Program-made: the position numbers and the translations under genes
Shown here: piece after piece, positions 53,936-63,675 of the stretch
Layout: every line of letters begins with the position of its first letter
How positions within the stretch are numbered: the first letter of the stretch is position 1
The notes under the pieces: generated by a model
What the model was told of the DNA's origin: nothing
The model's database searches: none
What the model saw: the letters and a program-made list of their open reading frames with translations, nothing else
From: a virus
Strand: one strand, 5' to 3'
DNA length: 64,000 nucleotides
IMG/VR virus record: IMGVR_UViG_3300046314_000372
Location: 2,349 to 66,348 of that record

Positions 53936-54848
53936 AGACTTAATTACTGCCAGAATCGTTGCGGATTCAATTTCGCCAACAGGTGTTCGCATGACCACAA
54001 TGGAGATTGAGTATCCACGCTTTATCTTAGCAGAACTCAATACCCACCGCATGCTCTCAAAGAATAGTGCATCTAGCCGCGCTATTCCTGTTAAAGCCAT
54101 GCATGAGCAAATTAAGGCAGCACCTGCGGGCCCTGTGTTTTGGGGCAAGAATCAGCCAGGCATGCAAGCTAAAACAGAACTCACAGACAATGACTTGGCT
54201 GACGTTAAGTTTATGTGGACGCGGGCTATGCAAGACGCCTTACACTGGGCATGGGCAATGGCAGATCGTGCTGGCCTACACAAGCAAATTGCCAACCGTA
54301 TCACAGAACCTTGGATGACCATGAAAACTGTTATCAGTGGCACTGAATGGGCAAACTTCTTTTGGTTGCGTGACCATGCTGATGCACAGCCCGAGATTGC
54401 TGTGCTAGCACGCAAAATGTGTGAAGCTTATAATGCAAGCACACCGCAGCAACTAAACCCTGGAGAATGGCATGTTCCTTATGTTACTATTTACCGCGAT
54501 ACTCACACTGGGGTTCTTCATTATGTTGACGGAAATGATCGTTTTATCACAGCGGAAGAAGCTCGTGTTATTAGCGCTAGCTGCAGTGCTCAGGTGTCGT
54601 ACCGCAAGAATGATGATAGCTACGAAAAAGCTGTAAAGATTTATAAACAACTGATTGAGTCCACTCCTGCGCACGCAAGTCCAGTTGAGCATCAGGCTAC
54701 TCCCATTCATTATACCAATTATGCAGAACCTGAAGTATGCTGGGAAGCAGGCATTACTCACCAAGATCGCAATGGTGGTTTGTGGTCAGGCAACTTGCGT
54801 GGTTGGATTCAGCACCGTAAACTAATCCCCAACGAGGCTAAGTGGTAA
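53925..54848 (+). CDS. thyX: flavin-dependent thymidylate synthase ThyX-like
   Basis: 'THRMLSKNSASSRA' resembles the ThyX RHR..S....SxRY signature; 'FFWLRDHADAQPEI' resembles the ThyX 'FFW....R.DSHAQWEI' block. Confidence 0.5.
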   Translation: MNFKDLITARIVADSISPTGVRMTTMEIEYPRFILAELNTHRMLSKNSASSRAIPVKAMHEQIKAAPAGPVFWGKNQPGMQAKTELTDNDLADVKFMWTRAMQDALHWAWAMADRAGLHKQIANRITEPWMTMKTVISGTEWANFFWLRDHADAQPEIAVLARKMCEAYNASTPQQLNPGEWHVPYVTIYRDTHTGVLHYVDGNDRFITAEEARVISASCSAQVSYRKNDDSYEKAVKIYKQLIESTPAHASPVEHQATPIHYTNYAEPEVCWEAGITHQDRNGGLWSGNLRGWIQHRKLIPNEAKW

Positions 54849-54849
54849 C

Positions 54850-55206
54850 ATGAACGTTGTACTCTACACCAAAGATTTTGAACCTATTACGGTATTAGAT
54901 TTACCAGTTTGGCTGTTAGATCAATTGGAAAAGCAAGGGGCTATACGTGTAGCAGTACAACAACCTGTTAGAGTTACCCCGGCTGAGGGTCCGGTTGACT
55001 TCTCACCACCGCCAATAGTTACTATTTACTGCGAACGATTACGCTGGCGAGATGGTACTACAAAGCCTGTGCTAATAACTCCGGATGAGGAACTTGCACT
55101 ACTGTGTAAGCCAGACTGGTTGCCAGGCCAACGACAGGCTGTGAATAGTTACAAAACAGTCATTCGTGGTTTAACAGACCAGCTTGTTAAAGCAATGCGA
55201 AAATAA
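54850..55206 (+). CDS. hypothetical protein
   Basis: ORF only. Confidence 0.25.
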   Translation: MNVVLYTKDFEPITVLDLPVWLLDQLEKQGAIRVAVQQPVRVTPAEGPVDFSPPPIVTIYCERLRWRDGTTKPVLITPDEELALLCKPDWLPGQRQAVNSYKTVIRGLTDQLVKAMRK

Positions 55207-55265
55207 AGATTTGAAGTCTCGGAGTAAACCGTGTATAATAACAACATATTCAGGAGACTTCAACA

Positions 55266-55460
55266 ATGTATTTTTGCGTAAAATGTTCAGATGACGTAAA
55301 CCCACGCCGTTGGGCATTGGGCAAACATACGTGCTTGCCTTGTGGTGAACGTGTGGCACGAGCTTTTAAGCACTGTATTGTGCCTATTGCCAAAAGCAAC
55401 TATCAGCCAGTTACTGACCTACAAACACTCAAACAACTCAACAAATATGCTAGAACTTAA
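55266..55460 (+). CDS. small Zn-ribbon protein
   Basis: CVKC...CLPC. Confidence 0.3.
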   Translation: MYFCVKCSDDVNPRRWALGKHTCLPCGERVARAFKHCIVPIAKSNYQPVTDLQTLKQLNKYART

Positions 55461-55653
55461 AATTACCTGCGAAACTGCTGAAGAAGCTCGCATTTATCTT
55501 AACGCACACGAGTACCGTAATCTGCTAGATGACCTACGTAACGCACTTCGCAATGCCTATAAACATGGTGATGATAAAGATGCACTAAAGGTTTTAGCAG
55601 ACTTCTACACAGAGATTACTGCTGCCTGCGACCACCACCAAGGAGCTTATTAA
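55447..55653 (+). CDS. hypothetical protein (internal start of track ORF 55342..55653)
   Basis: ATG overlapping the upstream stop. Confidence 0.25.
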   Translation: MLELKITCETAEEARIYLNAHEYRNLLDDLRNALRNAYKHGDDKDALKVLADFYTEITAACDHHQGAY

Positions 55654-55976
55654 TGCCACGCAAAACCTTTAGCCTAGACCGCGAGTTCATCCGGTGGTTT
55701 TTTGAAGAACAGTATCCCGAGCAGGGCTCAAACCGTGCACAGGCTTATACATACGGTAATCCACATAACAAGGAAAACCGTGACTACTGGATGCGTCAAG
55801 CATACATGGCAGGTGCTCGTAGTGTGGCACAAGAAAGCACAGATGTGCTGGCTGATTGGGCTTGTGCGGTTGAGGGTCTAGACCCTGAAATGTTAGAGCC
55901 GTGTGAAGTCTATGACCGTGCTCGTGAAAGCTTATTTACCTACAACACAAAAATTCTTCAGAAAGCAAACGCATGA
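55653..55976 (+). CDS. hypothetical protein
   Basis: ORF only. Confidence 0.3.
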   Translation: MPRKTFSLDREFIRWFFEEQYPEQGSNRAQAYTYGNPHNKENRDYWMRQAYMAGARSVAQESTDVLADWACAVEGLDPEMLEPCEVYDRARESLFTYNTKILQKANA

Positions 55977-56094
55977 TTTATATTATAGTTACATTAGTAG
56001 TACTTGCTATGGTTATTGCCTTGTACACCATAGACACCGATCCTAGTGAAGCGGGTGTGTGTACACAGGACTGCGATCAGGGACATAACTGCAC

Positions 56095-56352
56095 TTGTGT
56101 AGACGAATCTTGGCCCTTTCCAAAGGCCCGACCATGAAACAGTTTTGGCACGAGTACTGTCTAGAAGTATACTTCCGCAGGTTTAAACTAATTGCACTGT
56201 TGCTGGTTATTGCGGTTTGGATTCTGCTTGCTGAACTGGTAGTCTCTGTACGTATCCGAGACTTGCTTGTATACGCTTGCTTTGGTTGGTTTGTATTAGG
56301 TGAGATTCTAGTGCCTTGGACAGAGCGTAAACTTGAGCAGCTATTCGGTTAA
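56095..56352 (+). CDS. small membrane protein
   Basis: Two TM helices. Confidence 0.3.
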   Translation: MCRRILALSKGPTMKQFWHEYCLEVYFRRFKLIALLLVIAVWILLAELVVSVRIRDLLVYACFGWFVLGEILVPWTERKLEQLFG

Positions 56353-56357
56353 CTTAA

Positions 56358-56392
56358 AGCCACAAGTGTTTTATTGCACTTGTGGCTTTTTG
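56358..56392 (+). terminator. rho-independent terminator
   Basis: 11-bp stem AGCCACAAGTG/CACTTGTGGCT followed by TTTTT. Confidence 0.6.
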
Positions 56393-56432
56393 CTGTTTAG
56401 AGTATAATATATTTATTGAACAGGAAAACACT

Positions 56433-56639
56433 ATGACACTTGACCAACTTATTTTTAGACTCGATAACATTCGACGTGACGCTGGCACAGGCAACTTGCA
56501 AGTACTGTTTCGCGACCCTGGAGCCGGTATGTTGTATGATGAAATTAACCCCTTCTTAACCGAAGTACTGCCCGACGACAACCTGGACTTGTACGACTGT
56601 TTTGACCTAGACCTTGGCGACCATTACGTGGAGATTTAA
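56433..56639 (+). CDS. hypothetical protein
   Basis: ATG after a TATAAT at ~56403. Confidence 0.25.
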   Translation: MTLDQLIFRLDNIRRDAGTGNLQVLFRDPGAGMLYDEINPFLTEVLPDDNLDLYDCFDLDLGDHYVEI

Positions 56640-56640
56640 T

Positions 56641-56895
56641 ATGATTAAACCAAATACACTTTGCATGATTCGTGGCGTGCCACAAGGACACTTGGGCAGC
56701 GAGTTCAACGGCAATGTTGTTACAGTTACTGGTTCTAAATACCGTCACGAGGACGGTTCACCAATTTACTGGATTGAGCCGGTATTGACAGACAAGGCTG
56801 GCCGCAGTTTTACCGGATGCCGGGAACAGTGGCTGCGGCCATTTAGTGACCCAGACGCGCTGGGTTTGACCAACAAAACCCTGGAGGCTGTATGA
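56641..56895 (+). CDS. hypothetical protein
   Basis: ORF only. Confidence 0.25.
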   Translation: MIKPNTLCMIRGVPQGHLGSEFNGNVVTVTGSKYRHEDGSPIYWIEPVLTDKAGRSFTGCREQWLRPFSDPDALGLTNKTLEAV

Positions 56896-57173
56896 CACAA
56901 ATTGTAATTAACGTATGTCACGGCGGATTTAGTCTTAGTGATAGTGCACAAGCACGTTATCGTGAGCTGGCCGGTACCCCCGTTGCTGAATACTGCTGGG
57001 AACTAGATCGCAGTGACATACATCTTGTACAGACTGTGCTAGAACTTGGCGAAGCGGCCAGTGGCCGTTATGCGGATCTTAAAGTTGTCACAATCCCAGA
57101 TGATGTGGAGTGGACAGTCTGTGAATATGATGGAACCGAGTGGGTTGCTGAAGCTCACCGTACTTGGAGTTAA
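56892..57173 (+). CDS. hypothetical protein
   Basis: ORF only. Confidence 0.25.
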   Translation: MTQIVINVCHGGFSLSDSAQARYRELAGTPVAEYCWELDRSDIHLVQTVLELGEAASGRYADLKVVTIPDDVEWTVCEYDGTEWVAEAHRTWS

Positions 57174-57379
57174 CGTGGAATTTAGTAAACGTAAAACAGT
57201 AAGTGTACCTCTGCGAGACTACTGTCACATGGCTAAAGTTGGCGACGTTATAGAAGTAACAGAGTGGACCAACGGCGAAGGCTGGGACATTAGCAGAGAA
57301 AACACCACTATAAGCCTAACAATGGGCGAACTGCAAGCAATCACAGTGCTTTGCAACGTCCAACACCCTAAAAACTAAT

Positions 57380-57586
57380 ATGAGCGATACTCTAAACAAA
57401 CTGCTTCGTGAGTGCGGCAACTACTCACCAGAAAGCCTTGCGCAAGAAATTGTAGGCGAAACTATCCTGGCAATCATGGCCACTGACCATCGTCATGCTG
57501 TGTTTACCACTTTTGACAAATCGGCCACGGACGGTGCCACACAACGCATTGTAAGCAATGTTCGCAAACACTGGGATTTCAAATGA
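57380..57586 (+). CDS. hypothetical protein
   Basis: ORF only. Confidence 0.25.
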   Translation: MSDTLNKLLRECGNYSPESLAQEIVGETILAIMATDHRHAVFTTFDKSATDGATQRIVSNVRKHWDFK

Positions 57587-57777
57587 TTTGGTTTAAAGTC
57601 TTAGCTTCAAGCGTTGTAACGCTTGTGTGTATTGGAGCACTAATTCAGATCTTTTGGCCACGTGCACGCAGCAGTGAAGATGTTCCAAAACTTGCTGTAA
57701 TCGTGCTTGGTAGCATTGCCACCCTTTGTTTAGCAACCATTCCAGCTAGCCTTTTGGCAATGATTTGGTTATATTAA
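57583..57777 (+). CDS. small membrane protein
   Basis: Two TM helices. Confidence 0.3.
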   Translation: MIWFKVLASSVVTLVCIGALIQIFWPRARSSEDVPKLAVIVLGSIATLCLATIPASLLAMIWLY

Positions 57778-57803
57778 GTGTTGTATTTTAGCAACAATCT
57801 CAA

Positions 57804-57845
57804 GCCCCTCAGTGTTTGCGCACTTGAGGGGCTTTGGCTTTTGTG
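57804..57845 (+). terminator. rho-independent terminator
   Basis: GCCCCTCA...TGAGGGGC stem followed by a T-run; a TATAAT (57847-57852) and AAAGGAAA RBS for the next gene follow. Confidence 0.55.
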
Positions 57846-57873
57846 ATATAATAATAACATCAAAAGGAAAATT

Positions 57874-58056
57874 ATGAAACTAAATATGCGACAAAAATTG
57901 GCGATTCGTTGCGCTGTGCTAGAACAGTTTGTGGTAAGTACTCCGTATGATACATGGTTTGAAGAAATCTGTAATCTGCGCTTTAGGGTCGCTGAACTTG
58001 AAAAACAAGTCTCCAACCTGGGTTGGCAACTACACCCGGAGTCAATAGGCCGATGA
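57874..58056 (+). CDS. hypothetical protein
   Basis: ORF with RBS. Confidence 0.3.
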   Translation: MKLNMRQKLAIRCAVLEQFVVSTPYDTWFEEICNLRFRVAELEKQVSNLGWQLHPESIGR

Positions 58057-58262
58057 AAAATTACCAATTCCGCACCAACTGGCGTGGGCTACTAATCCTA
58101 CAGCGCCAAGTCAGCTATCATACCGGTTATGGATGCCGTGAATATATGTGGCGTGACGCCACCACTGAAGACTTAAAGGATTACTATGCAGAACTATGTA
58201 CGCTACAAACAACACCTACTTGCCAAGAACTCCGACGCCGCTTTGATGCTGAGTGCGGCTAA
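58023..58262 (+). CDS. hypothetical protein
   Basis: ORF only. Confidence 0.25.
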   Translation: MATTPGVNRPMKNYQFRTNWRGLLILQRQVSYHTGYGCREYMWRDATTEDLKDYYAELCTLQTTPTCQELRRRFDAECG

Positions 58263-58352
58263 CAAGCTCACCGGCAAAGAGCGTGAGCAACAGTTGAAAA
58301 AGCTGGATGCTCATTTACGTGACGTTGATCGTCGCGCAGAGGAATTAAAGAA

Positions 58353-58667
58353 ATGAAACTAAAAGAATTACTAGATCAAACTCCACGCTTACGTGCTTGG
58401 GCAAAGATTGGCCCAGTGCAAATGGCTGAGCTAGAACAGTTTGCACAAACACTACTCGACACTCAAGCCACTGCCGTTACAGCTGATGGTGTGCTAGTTG
58501 AACCAGGCGACCAAGTTTGGGTATTCTCAAGCACTGGCAAGCCTACCAGAACCACAGTACGCAAAACTGAAGCTGTTACAGATTACAACCTTTTTGGCAA
58601 CATCCCAGTCTTCCATAGCTTTTCAACCCCACAAGCTGCACGAACGTATAAAGATACTGCACTATGA
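58353..58667 (+). CDS. hypothetical protein
   Basis: ORF only. Confidence 0.3.
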   Translation: MKLKELLDQTPRLRAWAKIGPVQMAELEQFAQTLLDTQATAVTADGVLVEPGDQVWVFSSTGKPTRTTVRKTEAVTDYNLFGNIPVFHSFSTPQAARTYKDTAL

Positions 58668-59089
58668 AACCATGTCGCAGCCCTTACTGTGAGTGCACTA
58701 AAAACCAGTGCACTCACCCTGGATACTACGACGCACGCCACGAACCCTTTAACTTTCCAAAACCTATGACAATCAAAACAACCCACCAAATTGCATACAA
58801 CTACTGCCAAGCCATGATTACTCAACGTGCTTATGAGGACCAGTTTTCACGAGCACTGCAGTGTATTAATCCCGACTACCAAGCATTTGGCTTAGCTGAT
58901 CCGGTTGAGGGTCCGTACACTGAATTGGTAGCCGAACTGCTAGGACCAGAACTTTTTGACTGGCTGATGTGGTGGATGTATGAAACGGACCATGGCACAC
59001 AACCAATGCACTTTTACATTGACATGGTAGAACATGACCCCACAACCATGACACTGTACAGCTTCTTGGAGACAGTTGATGCAAGTTAA
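58664..59089 (+). CDS. hypothetical protein
   Basis: ORF only. Confidence 0.3.
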   Translation: MKPCRSPYCECTKNQCTHPGYYDARHEPFNFPKPMTIKTTHQIAYNYCQAMITQRAYEDQFSRALQCINPDYQAFGLADPVEGPYTELVAELLGPELFDWLMWWMYETDHGTQPMHFYIDMVEHDPTTMTLYSFLETVDAS

Positions 59090-59303
59090 ACTCTGCCGTG
59101 ACTGTGTTCACGGAACCAAACAAACTGCATCAGCCTGGAAGATGAACTGTCAGAACCCCGAAGTCAATCGCCGTGATGCATATGCACTAGCCTATGCAGA
59201 CTTTGTTGGGTCAGACACTATTGATGAACGTCGCAAGACTACCTGGTGGGCAGCTTGTGGTCAACGCGGCAAATTATGGGAGCAAAAAGATGCAAGTATT
59301 TAA
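59076..59303 (+). CDS. small Cys-containing protein
   Basis: ORF only. Confidence 0.25.
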   Translation: MMQVKLCRDCVHGTKQTASAWKMNCQNPEVNRRDAYALAYADFVGSDTIDERRKTTWWAACGQRGKLWEQKDASI

Positions 59304-59521
59304 ATACCCACTACACGCAGGCATGAACGCCGTTGCAAGCCCAGGCACTAGCAAACTGGTAATGCTGGAGTATCAGGACCGAAAGCTCTATGGCTGGGTC
59401 TTGGAGTCTGAAACTGACAAACAAACAGAATACGAAATATACATTGCCGTAACAGGCGAACAAGTTCCCAGCAACTACAATTACGTAACTTCCACACAAA
59501 CCCAAATTTCCGGCGGCTACT

Positions 59522-59716
59522 ATGTGGTACACGCCTTTGACTAATATGCCACTAACTAAACTAGAAGAACACGTATTTGCACTAGAAGAACTTGTTAGAC
59601 GACTAATGAGTATTCGCATTGCTAACGGCAACCAACAAGAAGCACACCAGATTAATCTGGTGTGGGACGACTACTTGGAAGTTTGTAACAGCATTGAGCT
59701 GCACTATAAAAAGTAA
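59522..59716 (+). CDS. hypothetical protein
   Basis: ORF only. Confidence 0.25.
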   Translation: MWYTPLTNMPLTKLEEHVFALEELVRRLMSIRIANGNQQEAHQINLVWDDYLEVCNSIELHYKK

Positions 59717-59765
59717 TGTGCGTTAGCGCACAGTCAAATCTAAAAATTTAACTTATAATTAACAC

Positions 59766-60023
59766 ATGCAAAATCCAACACAATACCTTATCTGCAAACT
59801 GCAGGAGGAAGCAGCTGAGGTAATTCAAGCGGTAAGTAAAATCAACCGCTTTGGTGAGCAGAATACTCACCCAGATCGCACAACCACAAACAAACAAGAA
59901 CTAGTAGGCGAGATCGAAGATTTTCTTGCAATTCTCGCAGTTCTTGAACAACTACAATACATTGATCTGACCCCAAGTCGTAGCAATATTCTCCAAAAAG
60001 CACAAGCACTACTCAAGGGCTAA
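59766..60023 (+). CDS. MazG-like nucleotide pyrophosphohydrolase (small all-alpha NTP-PPase)
   Basis: 'LQEEAAEV' and downstream acidic helix pattern of MazG-type proteins. Confidence 0.35.
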   Translation: MQNPTQYLICKLQEEAAEVIQAVSKINRFGEQNTHPDRTTTNKQELVGEIEDFLAILAVLEQLQYIDLTPSRSNILQKAQALLKG

Positions 60024-60079
60024 ATGTCAGAAAGTTTCACACAAATCAAGAAATCATAACCCTAGCTGAAATTTACACC

Positions 60080-60108
60080 TTGATTTTGATAAAAACCTGT
60101 GATATAAT
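60080..60108 (+). promoter_or_regulatory. sigma70-consensus promoter (plus strand)
   Basis: TTGATT-N17-TATAAT. Confidence 0.45.
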
Positions 60109-60162
60109 ATATGTAATGATCAGCTAAACAAGATCAAAAGTAAAGTTGTTGTAAACAGCGTA

Positions 60163-60232
60163 TTTCAGAGAATGTGTGTGTTCCCCTTGCCCCCTGCGGC
60201 AATTCAACACACGCACCTTATCGAAATACGGA
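60163..60232. promoter_or_regulatory. 70-bp imperfect palindrome (operator-like) between two plus-strand promoters
   Basis: GTATTTCAGAGAATGTGTGTGTTCC ... GGTGCGTGTGTTGAATTG ... GAAATAC symmetry. Confidence 0.3.
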
Positions 60233-60299
60233 CCTGGTTACTGACAACTTTCTAAATTCATATCATATGATCAAAGTACCATACCCACGTTTATTGGGT

Positions 60300-60331
60300 A
60301 TTTTTTATTTTTAAAGAATATGTGGTATAAT
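60300..60331 (+). promoter_or_regulatory. extended -10 promoter (TGGTATAAT)
   Basis: TGn-TATAAT at 60323-60331 with AT-rich upstream, ~95 nt before the 60429 ORF. Confidence 0.4.
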
Positions 60332-60428
60332 GCAAATTTGATAATCCATCCCACCTCCCACCACTGGACTCTAGCTGCGATACTTTTTGCAGTTTAGGGT
60401 CACATCCCACTAGAGACTTAGGCTCACA

Positions 60429-61454
60429 ATGTACTTTCAAAAACGAGCGGCTACAAGCCAGCTTAACACAAAAATCATCACCAGTAATCTAGATTCAATT
60501 CCCTGGGACGAAGCCAGCAGAATATACCGTGAAGCAGCTGATACTGCTGAAGCAAACACACTAGAGGCAGCAAGGGTTGCTTACGACTCTGACTATAATC
60601 GCAGACATAAATCTGCGATTATGCTAGCTGGAATTGACGAAACTGAAGCCAGCTACGAGGGGGATCTTGGCTTAGAGTATAAACCCCCGACATTATCAGA
60701 ACTACAAAAGCGCAGGCTTCGATCAAAAGCCGGAGGCGAAGCATTGGGTGAATACTTCATCAAGCCCTACCACATCAAGAGTTGGGGCCTTCGTCTCCTA
60801 GATCAAATTGTTGCAGAGTTCAGCAAGCACAAATTGAACGCCTTAGGGTCGAATGGTACCATTAGCGGATTGCAGTACCTCAAAGATAACTTAAACCCTA
60901 AGTCGGAGAGAGACATGGGGATTTATAGATTTCTTATGATGGACAAGCGCAGCGACTATTTGGACAAAATGGGTTCTGGCGATGCTAAAAAGTACTGCAC
61001 ACTAGTGCCTCTAATTTTATACGCTCACAAGTTATACAACAGCGTAGACTACTCACAGTGGGAGCGAGAATCCCTACACTTTGTGGTTAATGAATCACTT
61101 TGTGAGTCTATGCTAACAGAAACACCACAGCTTAGTACTGAGCGACTGCTAGCACTTCGTAATATTGGGCTAATGCAGGCAGGTAAGCCTCGTAGTCCTA
61201 GTACTACGTATAGTCTTTACAGGCTGGGTGACACGGAGTTGTCCGACTGCCCTGGTTTGGTTAAGATTATGTTATGCCAAACGTGGGCAGCACACCCAAG
61301 CAATCGTACTAAGTATATGATTTTAGACCCCATGAACTGGGATAAGATGCCTGTGCCATTAATCGACCCCGGCATCTTCAAAACTCCTGTTACTGCACTT
61401 ATGCAGCAGCCCCCTGTACCTAAACCAGCATCTGATGCAGATACTTGGTTATAA
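60429..61454 (+). CDS. hypothetical protein (341 aa)
   Basis: ORF only. Confidence 0.35.
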   Translation: MYFQKRAATSQLNTKIITSNLDSIPWDEASRIYREAADTAEANTLEAARVAYDSDYNRRHKSAIMLAGIDETEASYEGDLGLEYKPPTLSELQKRRLRSKAGGEALGEYFIKPYHIKSWGLRLLDQIVAEFSKHKLNALGSNGTISGLQYLKDNLNPKSERDMGIYRFLMMDKRSDYLDKMGSGDAKKYCTLVPLILYAHKLYNSVDYSQWERESLHFVVNESLCESMLTETPQLSTERLLALRNIGLMQAGKPRSPSTTYSLYRLGDTELSDCPGLVKIMLCQTWAAHPSNRTKYMILDPMNWDKMPVPLIDPGIFKTPVTALMQQPPVPKPASDADTWL

Positions 61455-61466
61455 GGAGTACACAAC

Positions 61467-61778
61467 ATGAAATACACCAAAGAAATCATAGACCGTATGG
61501 TAGCTGACTACAAGTCGCAGGTGCCGGTTATGCAGATTGCCCAGCAGCTCGAGCTCCCAGAACGTTCAATTATTGCCAAGCTCAGTAGTTTGGGTGTCTA
61601 TCAAAAAAAGACATATACAAACAAGCGCGGTGAAATCCCAGTTAAAAAGTCTGAACACATCGAAAACATCTCAGTGTTACTCGATTGCGACCTGGAATTG
61701 CTTGAAAGCTTGGAAAAAGTCAACAAAGTAGTACTTAAGCTGATCGAATCCAAGTTATCCGACCCTAAATCTGCGTAA
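61467..61778 (+). CDS. small HTH-like protein (paralogue family member)
   Basis: 'PERSIIAKLSSLGVYQKK' and 'ESLEKVNKVVLKLIE' shared with 63318..63629. Confidence 0.35.
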   Translation: MKYTKEIIDRMVADYKSQVPVMQIAQQLELPERSIIAKLSSLGVYQKKTYTNKRGEIPVKKSEHIENISVLLDCDLELLESLEKVNKVVLKLIESKLSDPKSA

Positions 61779-61787
61779 TCGCGCCAA

Positions 61788-61822
61788 AGCCCACTTAATT
61801 TCGGTTAATGTGGGCTTTTTTG
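61788..61822 (+). terminator. rho-independent terminator
   Basis: AGCCCAC...GTGGGCT stem followed by TTTTTT. Confidence 0.5.
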
Positions 61823-61954
61823 CGTGTGCACAAATCAGCGTCAATTTAACAGACTTGCCACAACTTAGGGTCAAGAGTGTTTGAAAATGCACTTGACACA
61901 ATTGGTTTAACACTAGTATAATTTGGCGCAAGGTTTTGACCACAAATGTTCCGA

Positions 61955-61992
61955 CCAAACAAAAGCCCCCAAGGCAGCAACGCCTTGGGGGC
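61955..61992 (-). terminator. rho-independent terminator (minus strand)
   Basis: 11-bp stem GCCCCCAAGGC/GCCTTGGGGGC; on the minus strand it is followed by UUUUGUUUGG. Confidence 0.55.
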
Positions 61993-62317
61993 TCGTGAAC
62001 ACTCTCGAGATTAACCACCGATGACTCAGCAGTTGTGTTTTTATTTGCTCAATTCAGGGGCTTCTAACCAGGCACCACCTGGAGTATAAAATTTACTGCC
62101 CTGACCCTAAATTGCAGCACTGTAGACACCTGTTAGGTTATGGGTGTTGTAGCTAGCAACTGGTGAGACTTTAGTATTGGTTCAGGTCTTCACCCCACCA
62201 CATTTTTAGAGACTTTGGGCTTTGTCAATTTTAAGGACATAGCGTCCACTGTGCGTTTAACGACTGACACAGTTTATGGTCGGTGGTTATGCTTCGGGTA
62301 TTAAGCCCGCCTGCAGC

Positions 62318-62426
62318 CACAGCTTTTAACGACTTGGGGTCGGCTGGTTGAGGTTTAACGACTTCTAACAGCTTAGGGTCGGCTGGTTGAGGTTTTACGA
62401 CTTGCCACAGCTTAGGGTCGGATCAC
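62318..62426. repeat. tandem direct repeats, ~2.7 copies of a ~40-bp unit (ACGACTT...ACAGCTTAGGGTCGGCTGGTTGAGGTTTT)
   Basis: Read directly from the sequence; sits inside a 1.1-kb ORF-free stretch between promoter 63082..63110 and terminator 61955..61992. Confidence 0.6.
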
Positions 62427-63081
62427 AGTAACGAGGATCAAGCTCGGGTAGGTAAGTCCACCAGGCTACCAAGACCATTTTACGCCGGTACCAGATAAGG
62501 CGACAGTTTATATAGTAACTGCTCACTAGGACTACTCATTACATTTCGGTACTAAGCCGTATATGGTTTTCGCACAATGCCACGTACTAGATTTCAGCCT
62601 AGACTCCGTCTGGATTTCACCCTGTATGAGAGGGCTACTAAGCTTCGGGAGCGCGTCAGCATTCAGTTTTCGGTGGGATCCTTACCCCCAGTTGCTGCAA
62701 TCGTTGATTTGGGACAATCAAGCAAGACTGCTACGAGACCAGGGGTTTCGCTGAAATTGCATCAGCTCGTCAGAGGGTTGGTGGGCGGTAGCTAGAGAAT
62801 TCGGCTACCATTAAGTTGTTATCACAGACTCAGAACTGGACTCATAACACCCATAATAAATTGCTTAGCAAAGCCTAGGCCGTGGTTGTAGCATTACGAC
62901 GTTCGCCGATTCGGCCGAATCCTACTAATCGGATTATCTACACGACACTCCTAGCACACCAGGCTAGCACTGTCTAAACAATTTATTATAAGCACTAAGG
63001 GCTGTGGCTCGGCATCGTATTTGCCCACAATTAAGACGTATCTCAGTCAGTCGAGACCGCTGTCACCCAATCTATATATCT

Positions 63082-63110
63082 ATTATACAGTAAATCAACT
63101 ACACAATCAA
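63082..63110 (-). promoter_or_regulatory. sigma70-consensus promoter (minus strand) firing into the ORF-free repeat region
   Basis: On the minus strand: TTGATT-N17-TATAAT. Confidence 0.45.
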
Positions 63111-63317
63111 GTAAAAAATTACACAGTCGTCGCGAACAGGCTGGCCACACAGATGATTGCAATTCAATTGCTGGTTAGCGAGGTGGGCTGCTGTCGCTGA
63201 ACAGGCTCGACAAAGATTTTGTCATTTTTAAAGCCTTTCCCGACTGTCTAAGTATATATTATACTTGATTTGGCTGTGAGGATCAAGCCAATATTTCTTG
63301 ACCCTCAACCGTGGCAA

Positions 63318-63629
63318 TCAGCCCAGTTTGGCAACCAGTGCCTCAAGCACATCGTGATTGGCTTTTTCCAGTGATTCAAACACTTCTGGAGCCACGCCAC
63401 ACTTTGCAGCAAGCTGGTCAACCAGCTCGGCTTTCTTCACGCGGTGTTGGCCGGTGGTCCGAGTTTTTGCCACGTACACACCTTCACGTGAAAGCTTAGC
63501 CACTACGCTGCGAACTGTTTTGCCCATGGCTTGGGCGAGTTGTTCCACGGTCTCGCCTTGGGCATAGCCCGTGACGAGTTGAGCAGTTTGTTCTGCGGTG
63601 TAGTTTGTGGGGGTTGCTTTAGTCATCAT
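63318..63629 (-). CDS. small HTH-like protein (paralogue family member)
   Basis: 'GKTVRSVVAKLSREGVYVAKT' and 'ESLEKANHDVLEALVAKL'. Confidence 0.35.
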   Translation of the reverse strand: MMTKATPTNYTAEQTAQLVTGYAQGETVEQLAQAMGKTVRSVVAKLSREGVYVAKTRTTGQHRVKKAELVDQLAAKCGVAPEVFESLEKANHDVLEALVAKLG

Positions 63630-63675
63630 ATGTCCTTTGGTTGGTTTCTGCGCTGTTTAAGATATTATTATACTG

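Noticed and set aside
61755-62018. ORF 61755..62018 (-) and ORFs 62563..62795 (+) inside the repeat region
   Set aside because: The first overlaps both terminator hairpins at 61788-61822 and 61955-61992. The plus ORFs have no promoter/RBS context and lie in the ORF-free promoter-to-terminator unit.
62318-62426. Tandem repeats considered as a CRISPR array
   Set aside because: Only ~2.7 copies, no unique spacers between units (units abut with 3-nt variable cores), and no cas genes. This is a tandem direct repeat, not CRISPR.
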